From the NCBI GenBank assembly GCA_964036045.1, contig OZ038379.1:10602001-10666000 (forward strand): a DNA stretch of 64,000 bases. The letters are read 5' to 3'. This DNA is from Eutreptiella sp. 'Long Island Sound 2002' (taxonomy: Eukaryota > Protista > Euglenida). The notes under the pieces were generated by a model, which searched no databases, was not told the origin of the DNA, and was given only the letters and a program-made list of their open reading frames with translations. Positions 35,101 to 46,303 of this stretch are shown piece after piece. The position numbers and the translations under genes are program-made. Numbering within the stretch: position 1 is the first letter of the stretch; each line of letters begins with the position of its first letter.

Positions 35101-37249
35101 GTGCGTGTCGTGTGCGCATGCACCCGTGTGGCAGACCTGGACAGCTGGATTTAGTCCAGACAGCAAGTGCCCTGGACCTCAACCCCTCCAGCCTCTTGCC
35201 TGCCACCACCACACACAGGGGATTCGGTCCGCTGGCGTTGTACAGTCTGTACTTCGGGGGCGGTCTGGCGGCCATTCTGGATAAGAAGGCGCGGGTCCGT
35301 GAACTGGGCAGCCAAATGTACAACTGGGTGGCCTTGGCCGACCGCTGGGGTGCGCTGGGGGACGTTGTGAACAGCATGACCAAGAGCGTCAGCAACTTGG
35401 TGGCCCCTCGCCTTGCTGGCAGCCAGTACGTCGTTGGAGCCAGTGCAGGTGCCATGCGCTGTATCCGAAATGCGTGTTGCCTATGTGTTCTGTAGGTTGT
35501 CAATCGTTGTGCATGCCAGGGACGGATATCGTAGTGACGCATTCATTGAGGTGGGGCTGGGGTTGGGAGGCTCTGCTGAAAGGCGCACAAGATGACGAAT
35601 TGACGGTTATAAAAGTCACAGCCAACCTCTTTCCAGGTAGGAGTCCCCGTCGTACGTGGCGCCGCCGAATGAACTGTTAGAGTCCAGCTCTGACAGCGAT
35701 GAGAGTGAATTTAGTCGAAGGTTGGCTGAATGTGTCATTAAGCCTCGGCAACAGTTTATTTTCCATCCTTTTTGCCTCCAAACTCAAACCCTGTGCAGTT
35801 CTTTGTCTCTCAGCTTATCTTACCATGGGCTGCACCCACCAGACGGAGTTTCGGAATCGTCATTTCGTCATCGACGGGGGGAGGGGGCGGCGGCGGCGGG
35901 GGAGGGTTTATATCCATTCTGGTGTCGTGGTACTGTAGTGTGCAACGTTGCGTATGGATGTGCTTTCTTGTGTATGTATGCTTGTGACAGCCCCGCCGAG
36001 TGTTTTGAAAGCATCATGCTCGCTCCTGGCCTAGTGTGCCCCCTCGCGCTGCGTGCGACCACCTCTTCCGGCACTGCGGAGCTGTCGCCCGCTGCCAGCG
36101 GGCCTCATGAACATCTCAAGACCTGTGCCCAGCATCAGGGCCACTGCTTTTTGGACAGCCTTGGTCGGTTATCCACTCCCCTCTGTCCTCCCCACCATGC
36201 TTGCAATTCTGCATTGATGGCTAAAGCCCGGCCAAGCCAGGCCCCTTTCTCAGTTCTGTCCATTGGGATTTGGCACCTGCGTTTGAAATCCATTTTCAGG
36301 GGAGTCCAAAAAAGTAGCACAAGTTGCACACCCGCATGTGCAGTGCCCGGATTGCCCCCGCTGTGGAATGTCGTGTTTTGAAGGTGGTGTTTGTGTTTCA
36401 AGGTGTTGTCGGATACTCTTGGATGCCGTTGTGCATTCTTTGTCGTTGTCTATGCCAAAAATGGCCCCGAAAGGAGGGGCTATGATGATCATTACAGTTC
36501 TTGGTGGCCCTCTCGTTCCACCGAGCAACTCGCGTTGTTACAACCGCCAAGTCTGCACGGTCGAAGCAAATGGGTCCAAAGGGGCCTTTAGTGTGGATGC
36601 GGCAAAACCATGTCGTCAAAGGTAATCAACTGTCCCTAACTGGGGACCTGTAGCTGCTGAAGCAATTGCGTCTTTGCACTTGGTCTTGGGTACCGGGCTT
36701 GTTTGGGTGATACATAGTCACGATACCCAACTGGCTCATCAAATGGGTATCCCCTCAAGCAATGCACGAAAAACAGTCCCTTAATCAATCATTCGGCTGA
36801 TGATAGCCTGGCGCCTGGGGTGGATGCCTCCTCAACCGTTGCCTTCCTTTGTGGCAGGTGTATGCTCTATTCTGGGGGTGCACATCTGCCTTCTGGCCGA
36901 GACCCTGGCCGAAGGGGTTGCTGGCAAGAGACCCGAGTCCGTCGTCATGATGCTTGGGGAGCTCCTCCTGTGTCTCCAGAATGTGCACTACCAAGTGGAG
37001 AACTACGGCAAGTCCAACGTCAGCCATGCACTGCACCTGAACGGCGTTGCGTTCGGACTCGTGTGGTACGCTGTCGTGCGGGGCCTGCGCTGGGCTTCAC
37101 AGGCTCGCAGGCGGCACGAGCAGTCACGCGGACCCAGGCACTTACGGCAGCCAGGCTCAGGCGTCGGGGTCGGGCTTGCGATAGGGTTGGGGGTCGGGTT
37201 GGGGCTGCTACTGCGGGGTGTGCCTTTGGGGGTCAAGGTCAGGGTCTAG
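32158..37249 (+). CDS. Rhomboid-family intramembrane serine protease, 3 exons, ~314 aa
   Basis: Exons 32158-32480, 35219-35448, 36858-37249, GT-AG, total 945 nt. Motifs: GRWWTALLYMFVHSDEPHLVSNM (WR-loop / HxxxxHxxxN), GASAG (catalytic Ser), SHALHLNG (catalytic His region). The true start and the Gly-rich C-terminal tail are uncertain. Confidence 0.85.
33428..34215. mobile_element. TA-flanked poly-C/poly-G TIR element (AAGCACG subfamily, 788 bp) with internal mini-ORF remnant
   Basis: TA|C13-TTGCGCAAGCACGGCC ... GGCCGTGCTTGCGCAA-G13|TA; 51-bp direct repeats at 33443-33493 and 34127-34177 (47/51 identical). Confidence 0.9.
34488..34857. mobile_element. TA-flanked TIR element (AGAACAG subfamily, 370 bp)
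   Basis: TA|CCCCTCCCCCATTGTGAGAACAGCG ... CGCTGTTCTCAAAGGGG..G|TA; degenerate direct repeat AACGCCCTYGYCARAACAGC..GAGGTGCTG at both ends; interior is homologous to 39480-39705. Confidence 0.75.
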
Positions 37250-38099
37250 CCAGGCCTCGTGACTTTTACGGCCCTCAACGATGGCGTCCCGATGGCCTGG
37301 GGCGCGACCATTCTGTGTTTGGCCGGTGATTGTAGGGGGTGGTGCTATTCAGAGTGAATGAATGAAGAGCAAAGGAACCGGGCCCCGGTTTGCGGGATTA
37401 CAGTTGCCCCCCGTCCATCCATCCGTTCGCTGCCAGACAGGGTCGCCGAGCTCAGAGAAGGCCGTGCTGTAGCGCAAAGGGGGTTAGTTGCCATTACCCG
37501 CCGAGAGCTATTGTTGCTCAGAAACAATTGTGGTGGTGTTCAGAGAAGTTGGCCAATCTGACCAAGCTTGTCTTTTGCTACCCTCTCCCATTGAAAAACC
37601 CATCTTGCACAACTACTTTTTGTCGTCAAGTTCCGACCAAGCCTCCTCGGTCGTATCTCAGAAGTGTAATGACGAGGCACATGTGAAAGCCCACCACGGA
37701 ATCATGCGTATTGGGGTTGGAATTTCGCCGAAGTTGTATTTCATCTTGGATGGCGAAATGTGTCATGTGCCCCGATTTTTTTCCGGATTGGAATTTTTCG
37801 GCCCCTCTCGAGCCCCAGTTGAACAACAACACCGTCCTGAATGGCTGACAAATGCACAATGCTATTCGCTGTGAACACAGTGCGCGCAGCCCACACAGAG
37901 GGTAGGGATGGGAATTCCAGCCCTGCAGACGCTCTTGAAACGACCCAGAAAAGTATCATGAATTATTGCGCTAATTTGTTGCACATTTAATCCGGATCTG
38001 GGTGGGGATTTGAAGTGCGCACGCGTTCAGGAGCCCATTTTGCCTATCCCCATGACTGCTGACGTTTTCCATATTTTGTTGCACCCTGCAACAGAAGTA

Positions 38100-38275
38100 T
38101 TGTTGCTGTTGCCGCTGTCGGTACGGTCGTCGTCGTCGTTGTTGTGGTAGTCTCGTTGCTTCTGTTGTTGTTGTTGTTGTTGTTGTTGTCGTCGTTGTTG
38201 TTTCTGTTGTTGTTGTCGTTTGTGTTGTTGTTGTTGTTCTTGTCGTCGCCGTCATTGTTATGTCGTTGTTTGTGG
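38100..38275. repeat. (GTT/GTC)n trinucleotide microsatellite
   Basis: Direct reading. Confidence 0.9.
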
Positions 38276-38749
38276 TCGCCCAACTGGCAACACGAAGCCA
38301 TCTGTTGGTTTTTGAGAAAAGCCCGATTTTTGGTCCGGAACAGAGCGTTTGTTAATGGGCAGGATGTTTGGGAGTGGGCAGGATGTTTCTTTCCATGGAA
38401 AATAGTCACCGCAGGCCAACCTTCTGTTTGCTGCACCAAGGTCATTGACAAAAGGGGGTCCAACCCAATTTGGGGTTGGGGTGGGGACGGGCGCTGGGAG
38501 CGTGTCGATGGGTGCGTTCCAGGAAAGGACTCTTGACCCACCCAGCCCCCAGGGGCCAAGCAAATGGTTGGGAGGTGGAGAAGTCATGAAGCCCTTCTGG
38601 CCTCGAGGTTGGGGATGGGCAGGCAGATGGGGTAGAGCAGCCAACCCATTTCCATGATCACTGGTGCACTGTTGGAATCATACTGGACACATCCTGGGCT
38701 CGGGCGATGACTAGCCACAGCATCTGGAGACGCCCTTGGCTTCCAAGTT

Positions 38750-39796
38750 CCCTCCCCCCCCTTGGGAGAACAACCTTGTGTCAGATCTACAGTAGGTGTT
38801 GTTTCCACAACTTATGGAGGGGCGGGGGCCAGCAAGCAGCCCCCACGCAAGGCAGCTAAAGCGTTCCCAAGGGATGCCGTTTGGGGGGGCAAGCGGCCAG
38901 TCCCTCAGGGACGCTGGGGGAGGCCTCCCCCACGCAGCAGGGGGGCACCTGAATCCCCACCCGAGGACGAGGAGCACGGGCCACCCGGGGAACTCACTAG
39001 CATGCGGGCAGCCGGCAGCGCTATGCTACCCCCCTCCCCCCCCCCTGCACTGACCTCCGGGAAAGCGGGGGGCTGGGGCAGGGCAGCGGTCAGAACGAAC
39101 GAACGAACGTGCTTCAGGGCAGGATCGCGCCAAAGACGGCGCCCGGCACAGGCCCGCAGGCAGCCTCCGGCACTGCGGTGCTGCTGAAGCACGGGACTGC
39201 AAGGGGCCAGTTTGCACTGGACATCACCAGGGCCGGGATGCCGTCGGAGGGGCCGGGCCAGAGCCAGAAGTCACCGCACCAGGGAGGTCACACGGGCCCC
39301 GGCACGGGCCACGGACGGGCCAGCGAGGAGGAGACCTGAGCCTTTGGCGAGGATGCTTCCCTTGCGACGTGTACACAAGGGGGGAGGCGTAGGGAGGTGG
39401 CACGGCGGCGCGGCCCCGTCCTGCCTCTAAGCTGACACTCGTATGCAGGACCTTAATCGGCTACTTTGTTTCCGCAACTTTTGGAACCCCGGAATTTTGG
39501 CGGTTTCATTTTCTGGTTGTCCAAGAAGACCAGTTTTTCCTGTGATTTGGGGCCTGGGGATGGTATTTTAGGGATGCCGGCTCCTGTCCTGCCACTTGTC
39601 GATCCTCCCTTGCACATATCATGCCTCATTCTGCTCCTTGCTTCACTTTCAGAGGACGGCAAATGAAGGGTACGGTAGTGGTGGTCTTATTGCTTGTGTC
39701 TTCTCGCCCCACACACAGAGTCCTCGTGTCAGAACAACAGTGGGTGTTGTATCGGTCAAATTTTGGAACTTTACCATTGTTCTCGCAAGGGGGGGG
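38750..39796. mobile_element. Poly-C/poly-G TIR element (AGAACAA subfamily) interrupted by a 652-bp insert
   Basis: C-run + TTGGGAGAACAA ... TTGTTCTCGCAA + G8 (11/12 TIR match beyond the runs); interior homologous to the element at 34488; insert 38814-39465 flanked by TTGTTTCC(A/G)CAACTT. Confidence 0.72.
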
Positions 39797-39935
39797 TGGT
39801 GTGGTGTGTGAAATTTGGGTTCAAAGAGGACATTCGCTTTCAGCCATCTGAGGTCAAGCAGGAAGAGATGCCGCTGCGATACCCAACCACATTCCGCACC
39901 GGTTGCGCATCTAACCACCTTTCTTGGTACACGTA

Positions 39936-40038
39936 CGCCCCCCCACCCCTTGCGCAAGCACTGCCTTGTCCAAGCACGGGACCGCGTCTGACCGTCGTTT
40001 TCCTGAGTTTCAGTGTGCTTGCGCAAAGGGGGGGGGGG
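39936..40038. mobile_element. Minimal single-block form of the AAGCACG-subfamily TIR element (~103 bp)
   Basis: TA|CGCCCCCCCACCCCTTGCGCAAGCAC - one copy of the CCTTGTCCAAGCACGGGACC..TGACCGTCGTTTT block - GTGCTTGCGCAAA-G11|TG. Confidence 0.8.
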
Positions 40039-41788
40039 TGACCCCCCCCCCCCCTGCCCAGTCGCTTGGTCCGGAGACCCTGGACCTGGGTTACATCAGT
40101 GGTGGTGAGCAACCTCCAAACTTCACTTTCATGGGGAAGACTTGGTGTGAACCATGCCAGCCTGGGCATGGGAGGGACCCCGAGTGGCTGAAGCAGCACA
40201 TGTGAGCAGAGGGACAACTCACCAACCTAAAATGCGTTTCCCAGCGTCTGTGGACAAACAATGTATCTTGAGAACCTGAACCAGTGTGTCCTCCTGGAAG
40301 TACCGACGGGCGCAGTTACTCAGCCTTACAGCGCAGTTACTCAGCCTTATGGCACCCTCTCTGAAAGTGCCTACCCATTTGCAACCATTTGTCCTCTGTA
40401 TTCACATATGTATTCACTGGAGGCACTACTGGAGGCTGGAGCAGGAGTGGAATGGTTCATAACCCCTCTTCCGTCGTCTGATCCTGCGAAGTTGCCGAAT
40501 GTTTGGGGTCTCAAGGACAGAGTGGCGGCGGATTTCAGTACACGCTATGGCCATGTGGAGTTGCCTTGGGCAATGACACAGCAGTCGCATTTCATTCATA
40601 TGATTTAGTTGGGCTTGCTCCATGCAGTGCCAGACTCTTAACGTAGGATTGACGGGTTTTTGATGCACGTTAATGGTTGCATATGTTCAGAGCCACGTCA
40701 TGCTGGCAAAATCAATCCCTTCAATCCACGTGGCAAGGCAATTTGGGTCATGTTGTGCAGGTTCAGCAACACCATGACCACTATCTCCATTTGCATTGCA
40801 GTCTCGTCTCGGGTTTGTCAGAATCCCCACAAAACCCCGCAATCACCACCTTTTCCTCACGCCTAGCTGCCAACGCAACACACAGGTCAACATTGGGGGC
40901 TCATGCATTTGCATACAGAAAGGAAATAACAAAACAGTCCCTGTCAAAATCGCGCACTGCCTGCGATCATGCACCGAAATATCATTGCAAACATGATCTT
41001 AGCCGGGGAGGGGTCCCGCTGAGCCAACACGTGGTTCCGGTGAATCCCGCCCTCTGCTGCAGGGAGATGGGAAGCATCTAGCAGGGAGCCAAGGAGGGTC
41101 AGTATTGATTCAAGTGGTTTAGAGGCTGGCTGGGTGCATCAGAGGCCAAACAACATTTTGACGCTTGGAATACCATAGCAAAGTTTCCTCCTTCGCTGAG
41201 GGCTCTCCAGGGCTGTAGAGGGCTGTGGAGGGGGGGTTGCTGAGCGGTGCTGAGGATGGTGGAGGGTTGTTGAAGAGTTTTGATGGTTGTTGAAGGTTGC
41301 TGAGGGTTGTCGAGGGTATGGGCGATTGTAGAGGCTCGCTGATTGTGCACTTGATTGAGGTGGATCTTTAGAGGGATCTGCAATCTGTATGAAAGGCTGT
41401 GGAGGGTTGTTCAGAGCTATGGAGGGCTGTGCAGAGTTTGTACCTGCAAACACGCAAAAAAAAAACCAGCGCGAAAAAACAAACAGAACAGACCCAAGGG
41501 AAGTCAGGTTTTCAACTTGGGGGAAGGGGGGTCGATAGAGCTCCCCAAAACTAGGGGGGGGTTTTGGGCAAAGGGCGCAATTGACAGGACCATTAATCAG
41601 TTGTTATGAACTCTGGCCACGAAGCTGCTGAAGTTTTCTAAAGTATTGAAAATGGTTAATTTTTTTTTTCACCAAATACATGGCAAATGATGACTTTTCT
41701 GAACCCCCGTGATGCGCTGATTCCAAAAATCCCATTTTCCTTTTTCGCCGAATTTTGGATCCAGGTCACCTCCGGGGCCCGGGTGTCA

Positions 41789-42022
41789 GGGGGAGTATCG
41801 GACGCGGTGCGTGCGCGGTGCGCGCGCGGTGCATGCGCGGTGCGGGTACTGGGGTCGTTCCGTAGACCCTTTCATCCAGAGCCAATCGGGGGGAATGGTA
41901 ACGCCTCAGAGCCCAGCAGGTACCATCTACAACTCCTCTCCCCGTAGACCATCTCCTGGAGAAGTTGTTCAAATACCTGACGCGGTGCGCGCGCGGTGCA
42001 TGCGCAGTGCGGATACTCCCCC
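41789..42022. mobile_element. PIF/Harbinger (Tourist-like) MITE, 234 bp
   Basis: 11-bp perfect TIR GGGGGAGTATC; 3-bp TSD TCA (41786-41788, 42023-42025); removing it restores the flanking repeat. Confidence 0.9.
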
Positions 42023-42135
42023 TCAGTCTCCGTAGGATTTTGGGGGGGGCGTCGATTTAGGCCCCTTTTTTGGGGGGGGGGGGGCTAGCCAGAGGGCTGT
42101 ATTGAACCCCCCACCCACCCCAATCATTTTGGGCT

Positions 42136-43080
42136 GGGGACAAACAGGATCACTTGCGAACAAATGCATCATTTGTGGTTGTGGACGATTGGTTGGTTGT
42201 GAACAAATGAGATCCCTTGTGGACAAATGGGATCCTTTGTGGTTGTTGTGGATAAATGGGATCAGGCAGAGCAAATGGGAAAACACAACAACTCGTAGCC
42301 GTGGACAAACAGGATCACCTGTGGACAAATGGTATCACCTGTTTGTTGTGGACAAACGGGATCACTAACTTGTTGGCAAACGGGATCACCAGTGGACAAA
42401 CCGGATCACCCGTGGTCAAACGTGGACAAATGGGATCATCCATAGACAAATGGGATAACCCTTGGGACATTTGTGAGTACCTGCTGGGGTGTAGTGTGTG
42501 GGCTGAATTGCTGTGTTTGTGTCCATGTATGGGGTCTGTGTGTCTCCACTGCGTGTGGGTCTGTGTGTGTCTATGACCAACCTGCCTGATACCTGCCAAC
42601 ACCTGCCGGAACATTTCATAACACCAGCCGACACCTGCCAAAAATTTTCGTGACACCTGCTGACACCTGCCTTAGCAAGTATGAAACGGGATCACCCGTG
42701 AACAAATGGGACCACCCATGCCCAATCCATGGACCAACGGGACCACCCTTGGACAAACAGGACGTCCCGCGCACAAGCTGTGGACAAATGGGATCACCTG
42801 TAGAAGAACGGGATCACCCATGGACAGACAGGATTGATCACCTGTGGGCGGATGGGATCGGTCACCTGTGGACAAACGCGATCACCTGTGGACAAATCAT
42901 AAACAGGATCACCTTTGGACACACCATTTGTCCACAGTTGATCCCGTTTGTCCACAGGTCGATCCTGTTTGTTCAAAGGTGATTGTCCACAATGGACAAA
43001 TGTGAGAAAAGGGATCACCTGTATCATGTGTGGACAAAGCAGTTGGAGACAAAATGGGATAATGTGGACAAACTGGGATC
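42136..43080. repeat. Degenerate ~20-bp tandem array GTGGACAAA(C/T)GGGATCACC, with ACACCTGCC (42590-42670) and AGATGACATG (43130-43240) sub-arrays nearby
   Basis: Many copies in both orientations; the inverted partner array is at 51010-51308. Confidence 0.85.
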
Positions 43081-43640
43081 ATGCAGCTGCGGATGAACCA
43101 GGTTCCCCTGGCACCACACTCACTTTCCAGATGACTAGATGACATGGCACACCTTTTTCGTGACCTGAAGTGTGTTTAGATGACATGAAACCCACCCTCT
43201 AGATAACATGACACTCATTTTCGAGATGACATGACACTTCCAACCACAAATGATCCTGCTTTGTTAGTACTTCCGCAATCTTCTGCCCCCCCCCCCCCCC
43301 ATTTGTGACAATCCAAGCATTATAGACTCGACAGGCCTCACTCACTGTTAGTCACTCAACGACTCCTGCCAACCCTCGTGAGGCCTCATTGAGCCTTGAC
43401 GAAAAAGCTAGGCCTTCCAAATCACAGTGTTGAGTGATCCCGATCCAACACAAGTTGCCCAAGTGTTACTCTTTTGGATGGGTTTTTCGCTCCGAACCCC
43501 CTCCAAAACCCTTGGCCACCCTCCGTAGCCATCCACAACAATTAATTCTATGGAATCAAACACAACCACATTTTGAATGACTGTTCTATGCCACTCCTGG
43601 TTTGCCAACAATTGCAGAAGATCTCAGAATGGTGATGTAA

Positions 43641-43945
43641 GGGGGCGCCTCAAGCGCAGTGCGCGCGCAGTGCGTGCGCAGTGCAACTATTTGGGCGTCT
43701 GGCCGTACTAGAGACCCATACTTTGAGATACTAGGGGCCCCTAGGGGCATCATGGTGACCCGTAGCGGAGGTTTTGAGTTCTGATTTTGTCCCCCTTTGT
43801 TGGGGACCCCCGAGAATGCAGGGGTGATGTAGCATTTCATGTTCATGGTTTCTATGGCGTTTCCAAGGGGTGTGCTTGGGGGCTCTTCGGGGGGAACATA
43901 GTCTAAAAGTAGCGCGCAGTGCGCGCGCAGTGCAAAGACTCCCCC
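43641..43945. mobile_element. PIF/Harbinger (Tourist-like) MITE, 305 bp
   Basis: TAA|GGGGGCGCCT ... AGACTCCCCC|TAA; GCGCAGTGCGCGCGCAGTGC inside both ends in the same orientation. Confidence 0.8.
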
Positions 43946-44542
43946 TAAGGACAATGTATAATCTTATGAGGTTGATGGACAAGCGTGGTCCAAAGCCGGG
44001 AAGTAGTTCATTTCACCAGCGCAATTATTCAGGCAACCGTGGCAGGAGTGCACACAGCAGAGTGGAACCTGTGACATAGTGCAAAATATCAACAGGCAAT
44101 AATCCGGCTGTTCCTGGAACAGCCACCTCAAAACATGCATGGACCAAGTACTTCTGTGCGGAACCCATGGACGTCTCTCCGCACGTCATTTACTGGTTTT
44201 CCTGATACGCCTGAGTTGCACGTTGGGGGAACCGAATTACAGGGGATGCACATATTGGAATTGACGTTCCACAAGGGAGTTAGGGCGCATACCTTGGCTG
44301 GGTCTATGTCTCGGTACACAGGGCTTCAGGCCGCGTGAGGGAATACTCCGTGCATGTGCGCTAAAGAATGGAGGACCTCCATTGTCTTGGGCCTCAATAT
44401 CCATAATTGTCCTCCAGGTGTAGCTCCGGTTACAACATCCATCAGAGGTCTCAGCCGGGTATTACTTGGGGTCTTCTGTGATCCATGAACACCCAGTCAA
44501 TCTTTTCTTCAGAGGCTGTCTTCGAGCATCCTTTCTTGAGCC

Positions 44543-46303
44543 ATGCTTGCCGCACACCCCTGTACCGAGCCAACGGATCTCGAGCTGTGCCAAATCCCCA
44601 GCGAGAGCTCTCGGCTGTCAGCCACGGAACAGACCCCAAGGGTCAGGGCCTGGCGCACCAAGTACGACAAGCTCTTCAGTGAAGCGCACGTCCCGACCGC
44701 CGCATGGGAACAGCTGGACAACGGCCAGTGGGCGTGTCATGTCAGCCGGATGGTGTTCGCCACCGCGGTGCAGTGCATCAACCACCAGCGGAAGTGGCAG
44801 TACCAATGCGACCTGGAGGCCTCGCACTTACGAGAGGACACGGCGGTTGTGAAGGCGTTGGAGCGGAAGGCCCAAGAGGAGAAGGAGCAGCTGCGGACCG
44901 CCGCGGCGAAGCAGCGGAAGAAGACGAAGCGCGATCTGACGAACGAGGTCGACCGCCTGGGGGACCTCCAGCGTCGCTTGGAGCGCGAGTTGGCCCTGGC
45001 CGAGCAGCAGTTGGAGATGATGCCGGAGCTGCACCGGCGTGAGCTGCGGAACGTCAAGTCGACTTACCATAGCAAAGTCAAGGAGTTTGCGCGGCGGCTG
45101 GAGGCCCCGCTGGAGGAGTGCCTGGGCCTCGACCAGATCCATACGGACCACGGCACGCCCACGAGTGGGTCTCAAGGGGCTCCGCGTCAGCGAGAGACCG
45201 ACCCCTCACTGCCAACGCAAGCCGGTCGCGTCCAGAGCGGCCCCGGGGGACTTGCGCCGAGCGTGTCGGTTAGTCCGACCGGCACACCCGAGGGCACACC
45301 GACGCCGTCGCGGACAACCCCGGCCCCCGGCCGCGCGAACCCGGGGGTCGGTCGGACTGACGACGGCGCGTGCCCGGGGAGGTGGCCTCTGTGGGCTCCA
45401 AAAGGCAGCCCCGTCCCGGGACCTGAGGCGGATCGCGCTCCCAGAGGCGTACACCAATGCCTGGGACTCGGTCAGATCGAGACACCCCACGACACAAGCC
45501 CAACGGGCCCCCCGCCCCGCGACTGCGCACTGCCTTTCCGGGCGGATCGCCCCACGGGCAGTGCGGGACCGGGACCCCTGGAGCAGTACCTCCGACGGGA
45601 CGCAGGCGAAGGTGCGCCCGCGGGTGGCCCACAACGGGCGCCGTGTCAGCCACAGAGCGACCCTCCACCGCCGACACAGGCGGGTCGCGTGCGCCCGGAG
45701 CCGGGCTTGGCGGTCAGCCAGAGCCCCCTCCAGCACGTCGACCACTGGGGCCTCAATGCGACCAGCACCGTCAGGCCGGTCGGGCAATCGGGGGGTCCCG
45801 ATGCGAGAAAGACGAAGTTTCCCACCATCGCATGCTCCCTGACCCCGCCCGGACGTGCCCGGCAGGCGCACATAGCGGCGGCCGTCTTCGTGCCCCCGCC
45901 CGTCCCCGCCACCACGATGGCCTCCCAGTCTGCGGACGGGGGAGCCCACGCAGGCGAAGACCCTCCCGCGAAGACCCCCTCAGAGGGCGCCCTGCGGAAG
46001 CCCCAAAGTGACCGTCCCGCAGCCGCTTTCCGCGACCCAGTGCAATACCTGGGCGTCGGGCAGATTGAGACACAGGAGCGCCCGGGCCCGGGCGGCGCTG
46101 ATCCGGAAATGCCGCGCGGGGGTCCCCTGCAGAGTTGGTTGTGCCCTTGGGGCCCCGCCAAGTTCGACGCCCTCGCGGGCCTGCAGAGCCTGGGCATCGC
46201 AAAGTTCTGGCAGAGCTCGGGATCTACGGTCCCTGAGGACGTGAGGCAGGCTTTCCAAGACTCTGATGTGTGCATGCAGCCATGGCCGACCCGCAGGTAC
46301 TGA
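44543..46303 (+). CDS. Orphan 586-aa ORF: N-terminal coiled coil plus Pro/Gly/Thr-rich region with internal repeats
   Basis: 1761-nt GC-rich open frame, GC3-rich codons in the coiled-coil part (ERKAQEEKEQLRTAAAKQRKK..LERELALAEQQLE); pyrimidine-rich AG acceptor at 44511-44512 upstream; CAG|GTACTG near the stop could be a donor. No recognisable domain. Confidence 0.6.
   Translation: MLAAHPCTEPTDLELCQIPSESSRLSATEQTPRVRAWRTKYDKLFSEAHVPTAAWEQLDNGQWACHVSRMVFATAVQCINHQRKWQYQCDLEASHLREDTAVVKALERKAQEEKEQLRTAAAKQRKKTKRDLTNEVDRLGDLQRRLERELALAEQQLEMMPELHRRELRNVKSTYHSKVKEFARRLEAPLEECLGLDQIHTDHGTPTSGSQGAPRQRETDPSLPTQAGRVQSGPGGLAPSVSVSPTGTPEGTPTPSRTTPAPGRANPGVGRTDDGACPGRWPLWAPKGSPVPGPEADRAPRGVHQCLGLGQIETPHDTSPTGPPPRDCALPFRADRPTGSAGPGPLEQYLRRDAGEGAPAGGPQRAPCQPQSDPPPPTQAGRVRPEPGLAVSQSPLQHVDHWGLNATSTVRPVGQSGGPDARKTKFPTIACSLTPPGRARQAHIAAAVFVPPPVPATTMASQSADGGAHAGEDPPAKTPSEGALRKPQSDRPAAAFRDPVQYLGVGQIETQERPGPGGADPEMPRGGPLQSWLCPWGPAKFDALAGLQSLGIAKFWQSSGSTVPEDVRQAFQDSDVCMQPWPTRRY

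Noticed and set aside
42136-43080. GTGGACAAA..GGGATCAC array as a CRISPR
   Set aside because: Degenerate units, no unique constant-length spacers, both orientations present, no cas genes, eukaryotic context.
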